The notes under the pieces were generated by a model. That model was not told where the DNA came from and did no database searches. It saw only the letters and a program-made list of their open reading frames with translations. A DNA stretch of 64,000 nucleotides from contig NIVC01001523.1 of assembly GCA_002269645.1 (NCBI GenBank), forward strand, positions 124,001 through 188,000. Reading direction: 5' to 3'. Source of the DNA: Macrostomum lignano. Its lineage: Eukaryota. Of the stretch, positions 14,201-51,021 are shown piece by piece. Positions within the stretch are counted from its first letter, which is position 1. Every line of letters starts with the position of its first letter. The position numbers were made by a program, and so were the translations under genes.

Positions 14201-17200
14201 GATCCAAACTGACATCCTCTGATCTAAACTGACATCCTCAGATCCAAACTGAAATCCTCAGATCCAAACTGACATCCTCTGATCTAATCTGACATCCTCA
14301 GATCCAAACTGACATCCTCAGATCTGAACTGACATCCTCAGATCTGAACTGACATCCTCAGATCTAAACTGACATCCTCAGATCCAAACTGACATCCTCA
14401 TATCCAAACTGACATCCTCAGATCTGAACTGACATCCTCAGATCTAAACTGACATCCTCAGATCTGAACTGACATCCTCAGATCTAAACTGACATCCTCA
14501 GATCTAAACTGACATCCTCAGATCCAAACTGACATCCTCAGATCTAAACTGACATCCTCTGATCCAAACTGACATCCTCAGATCCAAACTGACATCCTCA
14601 GATCTAAACTGACATCCTCAGATCTGAACTGACATCCTCAGATCCAAACTGACTTCTTCAGATCCAAACTGAAATCCTCAGATCCAAACTGACATCCTCA
14701 GATCCAAACTGACATCCTCTGATCTAATCTGACATCCTCAGATCCAAACTGACTTCCTCAGATCTGAACTGACATCCTCAGATCCAAACTGACATCCTCA
14801 GATCTAAACTGACATCCTCAGATCCAAACTGACATCCTCTGATCTAATCTGACATCCTCAGATCTAATTTAACTTCGTCAGATATAAACTGACATCCTCT
14901 GATCCAAACTGACATCCTCAGATCTAAACTGACATCCTCAGATCTAAACTGACATCCTCTGATCTAAACTGACATCCTCTGATCCAAACTGACATCCTCA
15001 GATCCAAACTGACATCCTCAGATATAAACTGACATCCTCTGATCCAAACTGACATCCTCAGATCTAAACTGACATCCTCAGATCTAATTTAACTTCGTCA
15101 GATATAAACTGACATTCTCAGATCTAAACTGACATCCTCAGATCCAAACTGAAATCCTCTGATCTAATCTGACATCCTCAGATCCAAACTGACATCCTCT
15201 GATCTAAACTGACATCCTCAGATCCAAACTGACATCCTCAGATCCAAACTGAAATCCTCTGATCTAATCTGACATCCTCAGATCCAAACTGACATCCTTT
15301 GATCTAAACTGACATCCTCAGATCTGAACTGAAATCCTCAGATCCAAACTGACATCCTCTGATCTAATTTAACTTCGTCAGATATAAACTGACATCCTCT
15401 GATCCAAACTGACATCCTCAGATCCAAACTGAAATCCTCTGATCTAATCTGACATCCTCAGATCCAAACTGACATCCTCTGATCTAAACTGACATCCTCA
15501 GATCCAAACTGAAATCCTCAGATCCAAACTGACATCCTCTGATCTAATCTGACATCCTCAGATCCAAACTGACATCCTCAGATCTGAACTGAAATCCTCA
15601 GATCCAAACTGACATCCTCAGATCTGAACTGACATCCTCAGATCTGAACTGAAATCCTCAGATCCAAACTGACATCCTCTGATCCAAACTGACATCCTCA
15701 GATCTGAACTGAAATCCTCAGATCTAAACTGACATCCTCTGATCCAAACTGACATCCTCAGATCTGAACTGACATCCTCAGATCTAAACTGACATCCTCA
15801 GATCCAAACTGACATCCTCAGATCTGAACTGACATCCTCAGATCTGAACTGAAATCCTCAGATCCAAACTGTCATCCTCTGATCCAAACTGACATCCTCA
15901 GATCTGAACTGAAATCCTCAGATCTAAACTGACATCCTCAGATCCAAACTGACATCCTCAGATCTGAACTGACATCCTCAGATCTAAACTGACATCCTCA
16001 GATCTAACTGACATCCTCAGATCCAAACTGGCATCCTCAGATCTGAACTGACATCCTCAGATCCAAACTGACATCCTCAGATCTGAACTGACATCCTCAG
16101 ATCTGAACTGAAATCCTCAGATCCAAACTGACATCCTCTGATCTAATCTGACATCCTCAGATCCAAACTGACATCCTCAGATCTGAACTGACATCCTCAG
16201 ATCCAAACTGACATCCTCAGATCCAAACTGACATCCTCAGATATAAACTGACATTCTCAGATCAAATCTGACATCCTCAGATCTCAACTAACACCCCAGA
16301 ATAGAGACAAGTTCCCCGCATCAAAAACAAAATCTGCGTAAATAGCACTAAATTTAAAACAGTACCCATGAATGCATTCTGAATCCTTACTCAGAAATCC
16401 CCTATCTGACTTGTGCTGAGATATTCCCCTAGTCTATTGTACTCGCCCCATATCATGGCGAATTCATTCCCAAACCAGAATTAACTGCAATTCGATAATT
16501 GCATGGAGTGTACATTTTGAGCACTTCTCATTGTTCGTCGTTTTAGATTTAACTGCCGATGAAGCCAGCATTCCTGCACACATTCCGTCCTCGCCAACTC
16601 CCAAGCAGACAACCGTCAAGGTTTGACTTTTCTGTTCTACTAGGTATTATCTAAAATAGATAGATACTAATTACACAAGTTAATAAATTAATTCACTGGC
16701 CTAATTGCGCAGTGCAGAGCTCAGGTTCTCTGTCACTATTATGCCTTTACCCCTCTCTATTAGCTTTCTCTTGCGTGAAGCCTGAGTGAGGCTATGAAGC
16801 TCAACTCTATATTTACCAATCTCTCTGTCTGGTTCCATTTCATTATGCACATACGACGCTTGTACAAGCATAGAGCTGGCTAGTGCATGGACAGACACCC
16901 GGCAATCATTGGAGAGAGTATTTAACTGAGGGTCCAACAGACCAGCTAGCCCGAGTCCCTCAAACCTCCAAGCCTTTCCCTCACACCGTAGAGCACAAAG
17001 CCGCAGGCAAGGAAGGCTGCAGCAGCAACAGCGCGCAGTTTCGAGGCCTCAGCAGCAGCTACCCAGCCACTAACAGCAAACGGCTGCTACAACTCGTCTG
17101 AGAAAAGACAATTATTGCAGAGCGGCCCAGCCGAGCCAGAAACTGCGGTTGGGTATTTTGTGGAGCGCGAGAGAGCGAAAACAGCTCGTCAGAGCAGAGC

Positions 17201-20200
17201 AGCAGGTAAAAACGGTACCGTTGGAAGAGAAAGCCTGAGTCAGAGCCTGCTATCTAGCGAACAACAGGAACCTGTGGTTGAAGTTGAAAATTCTTTAACG
17301 AATTCAACTGCTAGGTAAATTGTTCTTTTTTACTTCCTTCAAAGTTTCTAGTCAAGGAGAATTGACGTTTCTTTCAAATGAAACTATCATTGATAATGTC
17401 AATTCTTCATGCAGAGCTCAACACGTGTTCCAACTGCAGCCGGCCCCTGGTCAGAACTCTGCACACAAAGGACGTGGCGTTGCGGGAAACCTTGCAACCG
17501 CATCAACAGCTGATAAAGTGGGCGCAATACGTTTTTGTTAACTGTTCTTAACCTTATTTAAACCCCGAAAGATCGCCAGGCATCTCTTCAACCCGAGATA
17601 TGTTTGCCAAAGTAATGTAGCTTTTGTCTATGGTTGCAAGGCATCAATTTGATCCATACTAGCCGCTATGAAGCCCAATCGGGCGTTCGTTAGACAGTCT
17701 GGCATATGCATGGTCCACGATTCTGGGCACTGCTTCTGTCCTCACTGCTTATGACAGTCCTGTCTAAATGAAAATCTAGGAGTGAAACTATACAGAAGCC
17801 GCTATATGGACCAAACTGATGCTTGTTGGACCAAATTAAATGCCGCTGTGCCAGCCTTGCTACCATAGGCAGAAGCTTCGTGACTTTGGCAAACGTATCT
17901 TGGATTAAATTCAATGCATCTACATGTAGGCCAAAATGGGCTGCAAAAAGATATACACTCTCAGTAACATTGAAAAGTGTCCACGTCTGCACAAAAGGCT
18001 ACACTATAGCTGAACGATTAGGGATTGAAAGGGTTTTGGGCCATAGACACACAATCAAAATAAGGCAACAAAGAATGAACAGAGAAGCAAGTCCATGCCC
18101 ATTTCCACGCTGTGTACATGTCTAAAGCACAGTCAGTAACAGGTATAGATAGCAACCACGAGCGTCCAACAGACCGCTCACTCGTCGAGGCATTCCCGAA
18201 CAAGGCGCCGCAGAAAGTCTTGTGGAAGCTGTTGCCACGCGACTGAAAGCGCATTGCGCAGCTGGACCATGTTCTGGGGGCATAGAGACTGTTGCACCGA
18301 ATCGTGCGCTTCAGGAAATCCCACACGCGCTCAATCGAGTTCATATCCGGTGATCTGGACGGCCAACGCAAAGTGCGCCAATCAGTCATTTGGCGGACTA
18401 TCGTTGTCACCTGCATCCAGATGCCTCCAGTAAACCCCTGTACACTCGTTACTGTAACGCTTTTCCCTGTGACACCAGATATCGGTCTTTACTTTCCTGC
18501 TCTTTTTGCTCATTTGTCTATGGCCCAAAGCCAACTGACGAAACCATCGATCGTGCTGCCCATGGACCCTTGGGGCCAGGGTGAACACTTTTAAATATTG
18601 CTGAGTGTATATTAAAATAGCACCGTGTCTGAGGTTTTTAATGAAGCTTGATTTTGTACGTCAAAAAGGTTTTAATATCAGACAAACTTTGACCTGTTTG
18701 CCCCCGTTGCAGAAACCCGTCTCTTACGGCTACAATTGGCTACAAGAATTCAATAAAATGTCAATGACTGAAGCTGAGATTGAACGTGTAAGAACTTATG
18801 GAGCACCTGTAGCTCTTATTATATGTATGCCCCAATGTTTTGGCGAACTACGGTGGTCTACAAAGAATCTACAGTGTCAGGGACTACTGAAGTAGAGGGA
18901 CAGGAAACTATAAGCTTGTTGGAAAATTTTAAATGAATAAGAACCTGCGTTAGAACCGGCCTCCTAAAATTTTCTAAGAAACGAGGTTTCCCGTCCTTCT
19001 ACTCGAGTCCTTGCTACGTGTACGAAAAATTTGGTTTGAGTTGGGAAAGTTTTATTGGTACTTAATTCTGCGCGTTCGCAGCTATCATTCCCTATGATTT
19101 CGAATGTCCCAATTACTTACTTATTTTTCAGCGGGTCAAGAATGGTGGAAAACTGCGAAACAGCGCCTCTCAAACAACGCGATTTGAGCTGCCATTCGAT
19201 TTGAAGGACCTGGAAGGTGCGTGATATGGTATAGTTTCATGTACTCGTAGTTCGCAGGTGGGCTTTGCGTGAGCAATGCCGCTCAAACCATAAATTCTGG
19301 CCTAAGAAACAATGAGGACTGCGAGACCGAATGTACTTTTACGAGAATAGGACCTGATGCTCAAAGTGCCGTGTGTGCATGGGTAGAAAGTGAAGTTCAC
19401 ATCCTCGTAAATTTGTTGGAACTTTAATAGTGCCCCCATGATTAATTTGAACTGGATTTCTCGGATAGTTTTGAATTTTCAATACCTTACTGCAGAGGAT
19501 TAAGTACCTACATGTATAATTAATATCGATAGGCTATCGATATAGAATATTAATCGATCTGTTTACACTCGAGATATAATTTTAATTTCCATTTACGTTG
19601 AAAGTTCTATTCAGTTTAATTTTTTTCATTTTGTTTTACTTCCTCTGTATTAATTTACAGTGCGTGTCCACGTGCGAATATAATACTAAAGAATAACAAA
19701 TATTTACTATTTTATTTTAAATTATTTTAGTATATATTTAATTATTAATACATAATTATAATGAAAAAATAAGTTAATTAGAATATTAAAATTAGGAATG
19801 CAAGCACTAGCTCTGATAAATATTATCACGATAAATATTATGTTAATGATAATATTTACAAAAATTAAAATTAGTTATCATTAATTAACCACAGGAACTA
19901 AATACTCTGTCTCTCTTAAATTGAAGTTAGATTTAACAAATTTTATTTAGCAAATGCAATTCAAATATCCATATAGCCTCATCTAAACTGTTCACCCACA
20001 GAAATGGATCCCAAAGACTACCTGAGGCAGTACACCGTTGTGTCTTCCCGGCGACTGTACCTGTACCAGAAGGTGTTTCAGAAGTACCGCAATCCGTCTC
20101 TGAATGCGGTTGAAGTCAAAGTATGTCATTCATTATATAATGCGTGTACATAGCTGTTTTGCTTGCTGAACACATCCGAATTTACTTCCATGTTTATTTT

Positions 20201-20507
20201 TATTTTCAAGGACCTGTCCAAGTGCATCTCGGACATCATTGTTGGCGGCATATCCGAGGAGAAGCTGGAAGAGATGCTGCATCTCACCAGCATGCTAGAC
20301 GCTGGACAGCTGGACTCAAAACTGTTCTACGCCTTCTGCGCCGTGGTGGAACGGCAAACCACGGGCAAGAAGATGCCGGACGATCCTTCTGAGCTGATGG
20401 AGTGCCACAAGCAGAGGCTGGAGAGTGCCGACTTCATCGGGCTCAGCTACAAGTTTAAGGGCATCAGCTTGTCGGAAGAGATGGCTCGCCTGCTTAAGGC
20501 ATTGTGA
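1780..20507 (+). CDS. Gene A: multi-exon uncharacterised protein, about 1064 aa, polyQ/Ser-rich with a conserved-looking C-terminal helical (EF-hand-like?) domain
   Basis: Exons 1780-2344, 7321-7745, 10381(or 10372)-10704, 10971-11474, 12134-12509, 16547-16620, 16992-17314, 17415-17517, 19132-19216, 20002-20120, 20211-20507 join with GT-AG sites in matching phases into 3195 nt ending in TGA. Confidence 0.75.
3050..3320 (+). repeat. Degenerate CT-rich (ctaccct-like) low-complexity tract
   Basis: Recurrent tctaccct/gtctac words. Confidence 0.6.
3880..4403 (+). repeat. Compound microsatellite (GATA)n-(GATT)n-(GACA)n
   Basis: Directly visible. Confidence 0.97.
4421..4558 (+). CDS. Candidate extra or alternative first exon of gene A (...MAAQRLPPVGPLKREL)
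   Basis: 138 nt open in phase 1-1; strong donor A|GTGAGT at 4559; TATAAAG at 4414; ATG at 4510. Confidence 0.45.
5470..6230 (+). repeat. 20-bp minisatellite (catgagttcataagtgagty), about 38 units
   Basis: Directly visible tandem array in an intron of gene A. Confidence 0.95.
6945..7310 (+). repeat. 21-bp minisatellite (tctgacatcattgttgccttt) abutting an exon acceptor
   Basis: Directly visible, about 17 units. Confidence 0.95.
7321..7745 (+). CDS. Gene A exon 2 (KRFSTRSQNPW...LLWPDSP)
   Basis: Acceptor ttttgacag|, phase 1; donor CCG|GTGAGG, phase 0. Confidence 0.7.
7846..9385 (+). repeat. 20-bp/24-bp minisatellite forming a 44-bp higher-order repeat (aacctgaccgagttgcaat / ttgtacttaagctacctgaccgag)
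   Basis: Directly visible. Confidence 0.97.
10381..10704 (+). CDS. Gene A exon 3 (acidic tract FIEDDEVDDEDEFDEQEE)
   Basis: Tandem in-frame acceptors ending at 10371 and 10380; donor AAG|GTCAGT; phase 0-0. Confidence 0.8.
10971..11474 (+). CDS. Gene A exon 4 (polyQ)
   Basis: Acceptor ctatttccag|; CAA/CAG run of about 30 Q; donor ACC|GTAGGC (moderate strength). Confidence 0.7.
12134..12509 (+). CDS. Gene A exon 5
   Basis: AAG-CAG-CAG tandem acceptor; donor CTG|GTGAGT, phase 1. Confidence 0.75.
12585..16285 (+). repeat. 20-bp satellite (agatctaaactgacatcctc), about 185 units
   Basis: Directly visible 3.7-kb array. Confidence 0.98.
16547..16620 (+). CDS. Gene A exon 6 (DLTADEASIPAHIPSSPTPKQTTVK)
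   Basis: ttttag| acceptor, phase 1; AAG|GTTTGA donor, phase 0. Confidence 0.65.
16992..17314 (+). CDS. Gene A exon 7
   Basis: ccgtag| acceptor, phase 0; AG|GTAAAT donor, phase 2. Confidence 0.7.
17415..17517 (+). CDS. Gene A exon 8
   Basis: ttcatgcag| acceptor, phase 2; AAA|GTGGGC donor, phase 0. Confidence 0.65.
17956..18607 (-). mobile_element. Internally deleted Tc1/mariner element with degenerate TIRs and TA target sites
   Basis: Minus frame encodes WPSRSPDMNSIERVWDFLKR (Tc1-type third catalytic motif); ends ta|cactctcagtaacattgaaaagtgtccac and gtgaacacttttaaatattgctgagtg|ta are inverted. Confidence 0.85.
19132..19216 (+). CDS. Gene A exon 9 (RVKNGG...TTRFELPFDLKDLE)
   Basis: ttatttttcag| acceptor; AAG|GTGCGT donor; phase 0-1. 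Confidence 0.8.
20002..20120 (+). CDS. Gene A exon 10 (MDPKDYLRQYTVVSSRRLYLYQKVFQKYRNPSLNAVEVK)
   Basis: cacccacag| acceptor; AAA|GTATGT donor; phase 1-0. Confidence 0.85.
20211..20507 (+). CDS. Gene A last exon (DLSKCISDII...ARLLKAL*)
   Basis: tattttcaag| acceptor; GC-rich codon usage; TGA stop; AATAAA near 20856. Confidence 0.85.
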   Translation, partial: DLSKCISDIIVGGISEEKLEEMLHLTSMLDAGQLDSKLFYAFCAVVERQTTGKKMPDDPSELMECHKQRLESADFIGLSYKFKGISLSEEMARLLKAL

Positions 20508-20924
20508 ATTTAATTTTTTTATTACTTTTCAAACGAAACAGAAGCGCCAGCTACTTAAAGTACATTTGTTTATTTTTCTATAGAAAGTTGAAACTGAAGG
20601 CTTTCTTATGTAAAATTCTCCCGAACTTAATGATTAATGAATTAATGATGTCTTACATTTTAAAACTAATGCTTGTAATTTAAACCTGTGCAGATGAAAG
20701 GTTTTAATAATTGCATGAAATTTCATGATTCTAAAAATAATGAGAAGAGTTCTTCTGTATGTATTTTAAATTTAAAAAAAAATTTGGGAAGTTTTGGGAA
20801 GCTCATAAATTTTTGGGAAGTGTTATTAATTGATACTAATGGTTTTCTAGTGAGCAATAAACAACGACTGTATACTTATACTTTATTGATTAGGTTGCGT
20901 GGGGCCGACCTGGTGTACAATCGA

Positions 20925-21268
20925 GGACAAAGACTAGGCTTCGGGAGAGGACTTGATGTACAGTCAAGGACAAAGACTAGGCTTCGGGAGAGGACTTGAT
21001 GTACAGTCAAGGACAAAGACTAGGCTTCGGGAGAGGACTTGATGTACAGTCAAGGACAAAGACTAGGCTTCGGGAGAGGACTTGATGTACAGTCAAGGAC
21101 AAAGACTAGGCTTCGGGAGAGGACTTGATGTACAGTCAAGGACAAAGACTAGGCTTCGGGAGAGGACTTGATGTACAGTCAAGGACAAAGACTAGGCTTC
21201 GGGAGAGGACTTGATGTACAGTCAAGGACAAAGACTAGGCTTCGGGAGAGGACTTGATGTACAGTCAA
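20925..21268 (+). repeat. 43-bp minisatellite, about 8 near-identical units
   Basis: ggacaaagactaggcttcgggagaggacttgatgtacagtcaa in tandem. Confidence 0.95.
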
Positions 21269-23379
21269 AGGCAAGGTAAGTTCTCTCTGGAACTTACAGC
21301 CGACTAAACAAATTTCAAATAATTGACAAAACGGCCATCAAATTTTGAAAATGAAATCGGGACAGAAAAAAATTACTGTTTTTATTTTGAACTTTTTCAA
21401 AGCAGCGTCTCTTTCGACTGTTTGCGCACAATGTTAGGTTTATAGAAGAAGAAAAGAAATTCTCACCTAATTGCTGCTCTCTAAAACGCGGGAAAATTAA
21501 TTAATTAATTAATCAATTAATCGATAGGTTCTACTACTGAATGCTATGTCAGACTCGCGCACCAGCTTGACTATTTCAAGCGAGGACAATTAAGTAAAAA
21601 AAAATTCGAACTAAATTGTACGCAGAAATCAGCGCTAACTGACGCCAATACATGGTAATAAGTACTAATTGGTAAAGTGTAAAGTACGCCAAACAAGATC
21701 GGGGACACAGAGGAAACTTAACGGATGAGGTGGAGGCTTGATCCATATTGTTTGTTTTCAGTTCAGATTCAGACGCTTTGAAGCAGAGAGTTCGAGACAA
21801 TTCAACAATATAGTTAAAAAAGCAAGGAAAGCAACTTAGAAGAAAAAAAGAGAAAGTCCAAAAAACAGTGAAGCACACGCTAGATTAAACTTAGTTTAAA
21901 AGTCAGAACTTGCGCAGGACAATTGGATGGGTTGGCTAGGGCAGGGGTCAGCAAACCTTTTTAGCTCGAGAGCTAGATACAGAATCTAGAGAAGAGAAGA
22001 GAGGAGGAGAGGAGAGGAGAGGAGAGAAGAGAGGAGAGAAGACACAAACCCGATGACAGGATAGAGACGCTGCGCGGGCCGCATGACGTGAGAGTCGGAC
22101 GAGCAACTTTGCCAACCCCTGAGCTAGTGGATAAGCCATCCATTTAGATAGCAGATTTTATTCCTGAAGACAAGAGGCTTTTCTGCTGTTTCTGGCAATG
22201 GGTGTGGGAAATTGGCCATCCAAGTTCACACGGTGGAAAGTGGCGGAGGCGGAGTTAAAATTGCTAGGAAAAGAGCGCACAAGCAACGTCGCTCTGTCTG
22301 CCTTGAGTACAAGTATGTTATGCTCGCGTATTTACATGAAAAAAGCTGGACTCGGGAGACAAAAATCAAAAAAGGAACGATGGAAAACGTGGTGAACAAC
22401 GTAGAAAGAAAATGACTTGGGGAGGGAGCGCACACAGGGACGACGACTTTTTGATGACTAAGCCTTCCTGAAGTAGTTATCGGTATAGACTTCTTACCCC
22501 ACCCCCACCCCAATGTACATTGGTGGAGAGAAACAGTGTCTAGCTTATCAAGTGTACATTGGTCACGCAAGATTTCAATCCTCTCTCTTTAGTGTACGTT
22601 TGCATCGGGTGTTTTTCAAGGGGTAGAGTTAGGGATAGGGTCAGGGCTAATGTACATTGCCTAGTGTACATGGGAGAAAGTACACACAACAAAGGATTTA
22701 AATATCGCTACTACTAAAAAGCCAATCCAAATCAGTGCTCTTATCGGTGCCATCTAAAACCCAGACAGAGGGCAATTAGGGAGAAAATAAAACTAAAAAA
22801 CCACTAGCAGTAAGATAGGAGCAAGCCCTGTAGCAGACAAAAACACAGCTTGGAGAACAAAAGGAGTGTGCGAGCGCATGTGACCAAAAACACATACCGG
22901 TAAGGAGAAGCGGGGGAAAAGCAATGCAAAAAGTCAAGACAAGAGTTAAAAAAAGAGAACCTGCGCACCAGACTGCCAAATGAAAGATTACTAGAAATAA
23001 TTGACTAAAGACAATTCTTGATCTGCTGTTAGTGATGGAAATTAATAAACTGTAATTCCGGTCGCAAAAATAGGCAGACAAAGGGATGTAAGACAATAAA
23101 AGGGAGACAGACAGCAAAAAACAGCAAATACAAGCAGTTAGTTCCCGCAACGAAATGTCACCCACCTAGAGTAAAATTAAATCCTAAAGCTAATCTTCAT
23201 GGCAGATTCCTGCTGAATAAAGATGGGCAGTCAGTCCTGTGCAAGAAGCGAAATCGAGGAAAAACACTTGGGCTTGTAGTAACTTTTTTTGTAGAAACGC
23301 ACCCAGATCTATTTTTTCCCCAAACTGCTTATGAAAAAAAAAATCGACTATCTGTTAGGCCAACTCAAAGCTTGAGTTG

Positions 23380-46961
<23,582 letters not shown>

Positions 46962-47299
46962 TTCAATCTTTCAGTTGGGGCATTTTAAGCGTTTTGGTCT
47001 TTAAAAGTTTTGCGCATTCGGCTTGCTGGCTACAGGCAGAGAGCCTTGTGGCCGGATAAATTTAAAGATTTGCATCGCTTGTTCTGCGAACACAGGTGTT
47101 TAGTTTAGTGCCGAAACTGACTGACCAGATTGCAGTTTATACCGCAGATTTGGTGTAGAGATGGAATAGAGGCAGCTACTGTAGGTGCACACGTTGTGGA
47201 TAGGAAAAGTTTAATAATAGAGTCAGATGGATGCTCTATAGGATTTCGCTATTGTAAATCCCAATCCTACTGTGTAGGTCTTTTCATTACTTTATATGT

Positions 47300-48110
47300 A
47301 TTCCAGATCCCAATAAGCGTTCGCAATATCCCAGATCCCAGAACTCATGAATTATCCCTATCTGAGACCACAAAATCCCAATATGATCCGAAATCCAGAT
47401 GCGAACATCCCAGATCTCATTATCTCAGTCCCAATTTCTAAAAATTCCAATATACCAGATCCCAAGATCCCAGATTCGAATCCCAGAATTCAATCCCAGA
47501 TCCCAATATCCCAGATTTCAATCCCAGATCCCAATACTCCAGATCCCAATATTCCCGCTTTTAATCCCAGATACTAATATCCCAGATTTCAATCTCAGAT
47601 CCCAACATCCCAGATCCCAATGCAATATCTCAGACACCAATATCCCGGATTCCAATCCCAGATCCCAACATCCAAGATTCCAATCCCAACTCCCAATATC
47701 CCAGCTCCCAATCCCCAGATATCATTATCCCATATCCCAATATTCGAGATTTCAATCCCAGATCCCAAAACTCCAGATCCCAATATCCCAGATTCCAATC
47801 CCTGATTCTAATATCCCCAGATCCTAAATATCCCAAGCTAAATCCCAGTCGGTTCCCGGATCCCAATATCCCAGATCCTAAATATCCTAAGCTAAATCCC
47901 AGTCGATTCTCAGATCCGAATACCTCCAGATCCTAAATATCCCAAGCTAAATCCCAGTCGATTCTCGGATCCCAATATCCCCATATCCTAAATATCCCAA
48001 GCTAAATCATAGTCGATTCTCAGATCCGAATACCTCCAGATCCTAAATATTCCAAGCTAAATCCCAGTCGATTCTCGGATCCCAATATCCCCAGATCCTA
48101 AATATCCCAA
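47300..48110 (+). repeat. Degenerate ATCCC-rich array (atcccagatcccaat)
   Basis: Directly visible; resembles the 28915 array. Confidence 0.88.
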
Positions 48111-48625
48111 TAATGGTCTGAAACCAAATCAGATGTTTTTCATCAATGAACTCGCTGCAGACCAATTGCCTTCTCCCCTCGCAGCAGTCCAGCCACTGGT
48201 GTAGGTGTGAGCAGCTATGGGCAGTATGCCTACTATACTTGCATACTTGCATACTTGCGGAATAAGAAAAATGCAGTTCTAACCACCCCCTGTCCAAGTA
48301 ATCTCTGCTAATCTTTTTACTTTAAGAGTGGCTTCAGATAGAAGAGTAAAAGAGTCATGAGGAGATAAACTGACTGCTGCCGTGAGTCCAGCTGACACCA
48401 AAAAAATGCTGTCCCCCCACACAGTCCACTGGGGATTTTTAAAAAAAAAGAAATCCCATTTCTGCTTTATAAATCTCAGTTCCCAAACACACATACACAC
48501 AGTTTGGGCTCAGAGTATATAGTGTAGACATAATTATGGGATTTGCTGCATAGAATATGGGGAGGACAGATCGTATATATCCTTACTCTCAGTTTAGCTA
48601 TAAGGGCTTTGCAGAAAAAGAATGG

Positions 48626-48629
<4 letters not shown>

Positions 48630-48677
<48 letters not shown>
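48630..48677 (+). repeat. (GA)n microsatellite
   Basis: Directly visible. Confidence 0.95.
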
Positions 48678-48682
<5 letters not shown>

Positions 48683-49319
48683 CAGAATTTCTTGGAGTTG
48701 CACAGCTGTTGCCTCAACAATCGTGTTTGTTCCTCTCGCTGCTTGGAGCCCTGCGCATTCTGCAAGGAGCCGCGCTTCCAAAATCCCAAGCGGAAATTTG
48801 TGCTCAACTGGGATTTTGGCGATTTTGGCTTCGGCTTTGGCTATTAAAGACTGAGGAGGAGGGGGTAAATAAAGGTAGAGGCATTATAGGCATAGAGTGC
48901 CAAATGATTGATGGCTAGGTGGCTGGTAGATAGATAAAGTAGGTAATGGTAGTTACTTAGGTAACCAGATTGGTAGGTAGGTAGACAGCAGGTAGATAAG
49001 GTAAGTTGATATGGATAATGAGTTTATGCGCAGTTTAACATAACTAAGCGTGCATAGATACTCAAAAATGCCGCCCAGAACTAATAAGGCTTGGATGCGC
49101 TCCGACTGCGCAATTGAAACTCGCGGCGATACGTTTGCTAAGGACGAACGCTTATGCTAATGCATCGGAGCTATGCTGAATGCACCGACAGAGGTCAGGA
49201 ATGGACAAGCACCAAATTAGCTCTTCTGACCGAAAAGGGCGTATCCACTCTAGCCAATTAACATATCTGCATGTGTGTTGTGTATTTCAGTTTAAATACT
49301 GCCAGTCTGGCTGGTTTAT

Positions 49320-50420
<1,101 letters not shown>

Positions 50421-50429
50421 GAGTAGATA

Positions 50430-50980
50430 GGTTTTGGCAGACACCAATGCAGAGAAAGCAACCATCGATGAAAAATGGATGATGGCGCAGAGAAGCTGAC
50501 ACGCTGAGGCGAGGAAACAGTGCAGAGAAGCGACCAATCGAGCTGCTCAGTCAGTCAGGCGGCCCCAGCCACTCCAGAAACTAATCAATCTTCGCTGGCT
50601 AACTATGGCCTCTCGCTGAGTCAAGCTCCCCTTTTTCTTATTCTGAGGGGGATTTTCGCCCTGGCGCTGCAGCCGCGCATCGAAATCCGCCGGAGCACTT
50701 TCGCCTAGTCTAAGACGGCTGGATAATCTCGGGGCTCTTAATCCCCCCCACCACTGCCTCTGCCTGCCTGCTTGCTCAGTTGTGGGCCTCGGACACTGGG
50801 GGGGGGGGGGGTTGAAACGGCCAGGCCAGGGAGACTCGGATGGAACGAGAAGCTAAAAAACCACTTGACTGATTGATGGTCTGGGCTTGAGTGGCTTCTG
50901 CTGGGCCAATGCGAGTCTTCCGCACTTTGAAGGCCTGTCTGTCTAATCATTATTTATACGCATATCCGCCTATCTATTTA

Positions 50981-51021
<41 letters not shown>

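Noticed and set aside
5470-16285. Regular repeats as possible CRISPR arrays
   Set aside because: Head-to-tail units without unique spacers; eukaryotic intron context; no cas genes
48476-48918. Protein-like ORFs around the (GA)n tract
   Set aside because: They start or end in the microsatellite; no splice sites linking them to a gene
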